This document shows, piece by piece, positions 56,958-64,000 of a stretch of 64,000 bases of DNA. The DNA is taken from the NCBI GenBank assembly GCA_964016885.1, contig OZ024763.1, forward strand, positions 1,674,001 through 1,738,000, given 5' to 3'. This DNA is from Eledone cirrhosa (taxonomy: Eukaryota). Positions within the stretch are counted from its first letter, which is position 1, and each line of letters begins with the position of its first letter. The translations under genes and the position numbers were made by a program. The notes below the pieces were generated by a model, which saw only the letters and a program-made list of their open reading frames with translations, was not told where the DNA came from and did no database searches.

Positions 56958-57845
56958 AGAGATGACTGAGGAAGGAAGGGGTGATGACGTCAACTGAGGA
57001 AAGAAGGAGTGATTACCTCGACTGACGAAGGAAGGGGTGATGACGTCAACTGAGGAAGGAAGGGGTGATGACGTCAACTGAGGAAGGAAGGGTGATGACG
57101 TCGACTGAGGAAGGAAGGGGTGATTACCTCGACTGACGAAGGAAGGAGTGATTACCTCGACTGAGGAAGGAAGGGGTGATTACCTCGACTGACGAAGGAA
57201 GGGGTGATTACCTCGACTGACGAAGGAAGGAGTGATTACCTCGACTGAGGAAGGAAGGGGTGATTACCTCGACTGACGAAGGAAGGGGTGATGACGTCAA
57301 CTGAGGAAGGAAGGAGTGATTACCTCGACTGACGAAGGAAGGAGTGATTACCTCGACTGACGAAGGAAGGGGTGATGACGTCAACTGAGGAGGGAAGGGG
57401 TGATGACGTCAACTGAGGAGGGAAGGGGTGATGACGTCAACTGAGGAAGGAAGGGGTGATGACGTCAACTGAGGAAGGAAGGGGTGATGACGTCAACTGA
57501 GGAAGGAAGGGGTGATGACGTCGACTGAGGAAGGAAGGGGTGATGACATCAACTGAGGAAGGAAGGGGTGATGACGTCGACTGAGGAAGGAAGGGGTGAT
57601 GACATCAACTGAGGAAGGAAGGGGTGATGACGTCGACTGAGGAAGGAAGGGGTGATGACATCAACTGAGGAAGGAAGGGGTGATGACGTCGACTGACGAA
57701 GGAAGGAGTGATTACCTCGACTGAGGAAGGAAGGGGTGATTACCTCGACTGAGGAAGGAAGGGGTGATTACCTCGACTGAGGAAGGAAGGGGTGATTACC
57801 TCGACTGAGGAAGGAAGGGGTGATGACATCAACTGAGGAAGGAGG
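56958..57845. repeat. 28-bp minisatellite, about 31 copies
   Basis: (AACTGAGGAAGGAAGGGGTGATGACGTC)n with a GATTACCTC variant. Confidence 0.93.
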
Positions 57846-59459
57846 TGAGAAACTATAGAAGTCCAGCTGTGTATTTGTATGCTTATATCATTTGGGTGAG
57901 GGAATGCCAACCAACCAACCAACCAACGAACCAACATCTCTTTTTTATATATTATGTATAGATATTACAATGTATAGATATTACAATTTTTAGTGGCACG
58001 GGGCCAGTAAGTTTTGTTATAAAGCATTAAAAATTGTTCACAAATGAAACAGTTTAAAATCTGACAAAGATACAAAGATTCTTCAAATATAGATATATAT
58101 TTATATATACTTTATATATATATATATATGTGTATATATATATACTTTTAATATTATATATATATATATAGTATATATACTTTTAATATTAGTTTTTCTA
58201 TATATTTCTTCTCACAATGATATTCAAATAAGCTATTATGTTTAAAGTATTATTGATTGTTGAATAAATTGAAAAGACAGATGTTTTAGTATAAATCTAT
58301 ATCAAATTCATTGTATTTCTTAAAGTGGTTTTATTGTTTGTCTGTTTGTTTCTAATATAATCTCTAGAAATGATAAGTCGAAGTCATCCATCACCGATAG
58401 TGATACAGACCAAACTAAAGGGTGGCACCTATGGCTGTGTGGGTAGAAAGTTTGGTCTACTATCATGTTGTTTCCAGGTTCAATCCCTGTATGTGGTGGT
58501 GCCTTCTAATAATAGTAGTAGTGGTGGTGGTGGTAGTAGTGATAGTGGTAGTAGTGGTGGTGGTAGTGGTGGTGGTAGTGGTAGTAGTACTAGTGGTGGT
58601 AGTGGTGGTAGTAGTAGTAGTAGTAGTGGTGGTGGTGGTAGTAGTACTAGTGGTGGTGGTAGTGGTAGTAGTACTAGTGGTGGTAGTAGTAGTAGTAGTG
58701 GTGGTGGTGGTAATAGTAGTAATAATAGTAGTTTCCAGGTTCAATCCCTGTATGTGGTGGTACCTTCTAATAATAGTAGTAGTGGTGGTGGTGGTAGTAG
58801 TGATAGTGGTAGTAGTGGTGGTGGTGGTAGTGGTAGTGGTAGTAGTGGTGATAGTGGTAGTAGTACTAGTACTAGTGGTGGTAGTGGTAGTGGTGGTGGT
58901 GGTGGTGGTAGTAGTACTAGTAGTAGTGGTAGTAGTACTAGTAGTAGTGGTAGTAGTGGTGGTGGTAGTGGTAGTAGTACTAGTACTAGTGGTGGTAGTG
59001 GTAATAGTGGTGGTAGTAGTACTAGTATTAGTGGTGGTAGTGGTAGTAGTAGTAGTAGTAGTACTAGTGGTGGTAGTGGTTGTAGTAGTAGTAGTGGTGG
59101 TTGTAGTAGTAGTGGTGGTGGTGGTAATAGTAGTAATAATAGTAGTAATAGTAGTAGTAGCAGTATCTATGGCTGTGTAGTTAGAAAGTTTGGTTTACAA
59201 CAATGTTGATTCTAAGTTCAGTCCCTGTGTGGTGGTACCTTCTGATAGTAGACAAAGTTGACCTTACTGGGATTTGAACTCACAACATAAGAAAGTTATA
59301 TAACTAAATACCACAAAGAATTTTGTCCGACGCTTTACCAACACTCCCAATCAACCACCCTCAACAATGCCACTATAACAACAACAACAACAACACATCC
59401 AACTGTGGAAACCATTTCTTATGGCTATTTGAACTGTTGGAACTAAAGCAAAGAAATAC

Positions 59460-59598
59460 CTTTATGAAAGATTCAGTTTTCTGCAAGATAAATTCAATTT
59501 TTGGCAGCATTGACGACGACATATCAATCAGAATATATATTTGATCTTCGTACAAGTTGCCAAAGATGGCTCTGTTGTTTGTTTTTAACCAGTTCAGC
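59460..59598 (-). CDS. VWA3B: VWA3B-like exon (first in window), start of VWA domain with MIDAS DxSxS
   Basis: ttttag|G...AAG|gtattt; translates RLNWLKTNNRAIFGNLYEDQIYILIDMSSSMLPKIEFILQKTESFIK, resembling vertebrate VWA3B RIKWLQDGSQSLFGRLHNDCIYILIDTSHSM (recalled); phase 2 to 0. Confidence 0.9.
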
Positions 59599-59896
59599 CT
59601 AAAATGAATTAAGAAATGAATAAATAAAAGAATCGTTGTAATATTCCTCAACAATTATACCAAAGCCTCATCCTGGGTTTGGTTTCCATTTCTGTTGAAA
59701 GAAACAGGAGACTTTGATAATACTTATAGTTTAGTTTGTGCTAAAGAGAAAATTATTGAAATGTCTTGAGTAAATTCATCTTTCACCTCGCCACACATTT
59801 CAGCAGTTTCAAATATCAGGAACCAAATATCTCAGAAAAAAAAATGCAAAAATCAAACAAACAAAACTTTATGGATACTGCAAGAAAGAAGTTGCT

Positions 59897-60909
59897 AGCT
59901 CTCACCTTTGTAGGTTTAGCTGGCCTCTTATGAGGTTATATCTCATAGGAAGTTTCTCAGGTGTTTTAGAGATAGGGGCTCCAGTCCTAGTATATACTTT
60001 TGTTACAGCTCTCACCTTTGTAGGTTTAGCTGGCCTCTTATGAGGTTATATCTCATAGGAAGTTTCTCAGGTGTTTTAAAGATAGGGGCTCCAGTCCTAG
60101 TATATACTTTTGTTACAGCTCTCACCTTTGTAGGTTTAGCTGGCCTCTTATGAGGTTATATCTCATAGGAAGTTTCTCAGGTGTTTTAAAGATAGGGGCT
60201 CCAGTCCTAGTATATACTTTTGTTACAGCTCTCACCTTTGTAGGTTTAGCTGGCCTCTTATGAGGTTATATCTCATAGGAAGTTTCTCAGGTGTTTTAAA
60301 GATAGGGGCTCCAGTCCTAGTATATACTTTTGTTACAGCTCTCACCTTTGTAGGTTTAGCTGGCCTCTTATGAGGTTATATCTCATAGGAAGTTTCTCAG
60401 GTGTTTTAAAGATAGGGGCTCCAGTCCTAGTATATACTTTTGTTACAGCTCTCACCTTTGTAGGTTTAGCTGGCCTCTTATGAGGTTATATCTCATAGGA
60501 AGTTTCTCAGGTGTTTTAAAGATAGGGGCTCCAGTCCTAGTATATACTTTTGTTACAGCTCTCACCTTTGTAGGTTTAGCTGGCCTCTTATGAGGTTATA
60601 TCTCATAGGAAGTTTCTCAGGTGTTTTAAAGATAGGGGCTCCAGTCCTAGTATATACTTTTGTTACAGCTCTCACCTTTGTAGGTTTAGCTGGCCTCTTA
60701 TGAGGTTATATCTCATAGGAAGTTTCTCAGGTGTTTTAAAGATAGGGGCTCCAGTCCTAGTATATACTTTTGTTACAGCTCTCACCTTTGTAGGTTTAGC
60801 TGGCCTCTTATGAGGTTATATCTCATAGGAAGTTTCTCAGGTGTTTTAAAGATAGGGGCTCCAGTCCTAGTATATACTTTTGTTACAGCTCTCACCTTTG
60901 TAGGTTTAG
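59897..60909. repeat. 110-bp near-perfect tandem repeat, about 9 copies
   Basis: AGCTCTCACCTTTGTAGG...TTTTGTTAC. Confidence 0.95.
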
Positions 60910-62293
60910 ATAACCTCCTACAAGGTTGCATATAATAAGTATGTATGTATGTATGTATGGGTCCATAATTCCTGATGGTGTTATAGGAGTACCGTAGTGA
61001 CATAAGGTGTGTCTTGGGTACTTTAAACCTGGAGGAGCTCATCTTTTCTCCAGATCATAACAGCCAATTTCTTCCAGAGAAAGAGATAGAGTGAGAGAGA
61101 TGTTAAACCATTACAAATCTAAAATATGTTGAACACTAAGGAAGCACTGAGTGAAGAACTGCCATGAATCTACCACCCTCAACAATAATTATACGCATGC
61201 ACAGTCCTACAACACCCGAGGGAGTTGTAGTGGTGCCATATTAAAATACTGTGTTTTTAAGGCATTCTTAAACCTGGCAGAGTCGATCTCCTCTCCTGGT
61301 CTGAATACAGCAGATTTCTTCCAGAGAAGGATATATAGAGAGAGAGAATGGAAGTGAGAGATGTAGAGGAAGAATTGACCCCAGTACTAGACTGGTACTT
61401 TTTTTTTTTATTAACCTTGAATGGTTAATAAAGATGACCTTGGCACGATTTGAACTCAGAGAGCAGATAATAGAAACTAATACCGTAAAGAAATCTATCT
61501 GATGTTCTAACGACTCTGCCAAGTTGGCACCTATTCAGCAACAGTTATTTCTTAATTATTTAAGTCATCACATTTAATTATCTCATATATCTCCATTGAT
61601 TGGAAAGTTATAGGGGCAATAGCCTAATATATTTAACAACAACAGCAGCAGCAACAACAAAACGTTGATTTTCTGTTATAGAAAAAAACATTAAAAAAAA
61701 AAAAACCAGTTCCATTAGTTCCACATTGTCAGTTGAAATAAAAAGAGATAGAGAAGAATTTTCATGCGAAAAATTGCAAGGATACTTTTAAAAGTGTCTC
61801 TCAGAATATGGTAGATACACACATAATCTCAAAGCTAATGCAAAGCAAATCAAATGACTTGTAGAGAAAGTTCTTTTGAAGACCAGAACCATAAAAACAT
61901 GGACACATTCAAATCTTTATTGATAATTATTGAAAGATGGAGGAAAAATATGAAATAAAATAAAATGATATTCCATCGAATGCAAGACAAGAAAACAAAT
62001 TTATTCAATTTCCCATATATTTTGTGTGTTTGAAGGGGGAAAAAAATAGAGAGAAAGACAGGTAGATGAGACAAAGGTAGTGGAAATATGAAGCAAGATT
62101 TTTCAACCTGAGGTCTAAAGAAAGAACAAAACAAACAGCAAAAATACATTAGATATTAAAGAGAAACTTCTTAGACTATTTTCTATAAACAGGAGGTTAT
62201 GTGTGTGTGTATATATATGTTTGTGTATATATATATATATGTATATATATATGCATGTTTATGTATGTATATGTATATATGTATATGTGTATG

Positions 62294-62326
<33 letters not shown>

Positions 62327-63129
62327 GTGTATATGTATATATGTGTATATATGTGTGTCTATGTATATGTCTATATATATGTATATGTATATATATGTAA
62401 ATATATATACACACATACATATGTGTGTCTGTAAGTACACACACAGGCTTTTCTCGATTACACACAGCGTCTTTCTTTAATATGTACACAAAAACACACA
62501 CACATGTATATACATACACACATATATATGCACACACACATATATATATATACACACACACATTATATATATGTATATATATACGTGTATGTATATACAC
62601 ACAAATAAATAAATGTGTGTTTGTGGGTACACATTAAAAAAAGACGGGGGTGTATAACCGAAAAAAGCATGTGTATAACATATACACACACACACATAGG
62701 TAGATAAGTAGGTAGATAGATAGATAGACTGATAGATAGATAGACTGATAGAGAGATAGATTAATAGAGAAGAGTCAGAGATGGTGTATCAAAGAGAGGG
62801 AAAAGCGGACGTAAAATGATGATATATATATATATGATATATATATGCTATATATATATATGATATATATATGCTATATATATATATGATATATATATAT
62901 ATGATATATATATGCTATATATATATATGATATATATATATATTATATTTATATATATGATATCATATATATATATATATATGATATATATATGCTATAT
63001 ATATATATATGATATATATATGCTATATATATATATATGATATATATATGCTATATATATATATATGATATATATATGATATATATATATATGATATATA
63101 TATGATATATATATATATGATATATATAT

Positions 63130-64000
63130 ATGGAGGAGTCAATTAAGGCCAAAAAGCAGGCTTGGAAAGTATGGCGGGATGGGGGAAGTAGAGAAGACTA
63201 TCAAGTGGCCAGGAGGGAAGCTAGGAGACAAGTGTACTTCGCAAGAAGGGAAGCAGAGGAAAGAAAGTTCAAGCATGCTCTACAACGTGAGGACCAAAAA
63301 CGTGAGGTGTTCAGGATTGCCAGGCAATGTGTCAAGGAAAACCGTGATATTGTCGGGGAGAAGTGTATACTTAACGATGATGGCATACTTGCCATCACCG
63401 ACGCTGATAAGAAGGTAGCTTGGAAGTGTCACTACGAAAGGCTTCTAAATGAGGAGAACAAATGGGAGAAAGACAGTCTCCCCCATATCGACCCAATAGA
63501 GGGACCAGCAGTGTTAGTTGAAGGTAGTATAATAAGTAAGGCAATCAAAGATATGAAGACGGGTAAGGCGGCTGGGCCTTCGGAAATAGTTGCTGAGATG
63601 CTGAAGGCATCTGGTTCGGTGGGACACACCATGGTCACCCGGATAGTTAACCAAGTCGTACAGAATGGGGTTGTTCCGAAGGAATGGCGTAGCAGCATCA
63701 TCGTTAACTGCTATAAGGGAAAAGGAGATGCCCTAGATAGGAGTAACTATAGAGGCATTAAATTAATCGACCAGGTCATGAAGGTCACGGAAAAAGTAAT
63801 AGCGCAACTAATCAGAGAGAGAATTGATCTAGATGAAATGCAGTTCGGGTTTGTGTCAGGCAAAAGTACCACAGACGCTCTTTTCATTGTACGACAACTA
63901 CAGGAGAAGTACCTAGCTAAAAGTAAACCCCTATACTTAGCTTTTGTCGACTTGGAGAAAGCCTTCGACAGAGTCCCCCGTTCCATTATCTGGTGGTCTC
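63130..64000 (+). mobile_element. 5'-truncated RTE LINE, open reverse transcriptase frame running off the window
   Basis: stop-free frame: ...KTGKAAGPSEIVAEMLK...YKGKGDALDRSNYRGIKL...QFGFVSGKSTTDA...AFVDLEKAFDRVP. Confidence 0.92.

Noticed and set aside
56958-57845. Tandem hammerheads suggested by CTGAGGA/CTGACGA in each unit
   Set aside because: No GAAA, stem II or UH in register.
58370-59209. Gly/Ser-rich 279-aa ORF
   Set aside because: (AGT/GGT)n expansion between duplicated SINE-like heads.

Overview
Repeat-saturated eukaryotic DNA; the SINE and LINE families suggest an octopod cephalopod (inference). Almost all ORFs in the supplied track are microsatellite artefacts. The one host gene found is a VWA3B-like gene on the minus strand. 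I reconstructed 11 phase-consistent exons from 59598 down to a stop at 21180; most are missing from the ORF track and the 5' exons lie beyond the window. The rest is microsatellites, tRNA-derived SINEs, RTE and CR1 LINE fragments (one RTE ORF is uninterrupted from 63130 to the window end), TTAA-flanked MITEs and many minisatellites grown from pieces of transposons. The main hidden signal is a set of at least 7 sequence families of short AT-rich elements carrying minimal type I hammerhead ribozyme motifs (CUGANGA...GAAA...UH, with covarying stems and often a palindromic stem III). They sit in (TA)n tracts, mostly as head-to-head palindromes with a ribozyme on each strand, and are probably Penelope-like pLTR derivatives. 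All homology calls are from memory of protein and repeat families, not from database searches.
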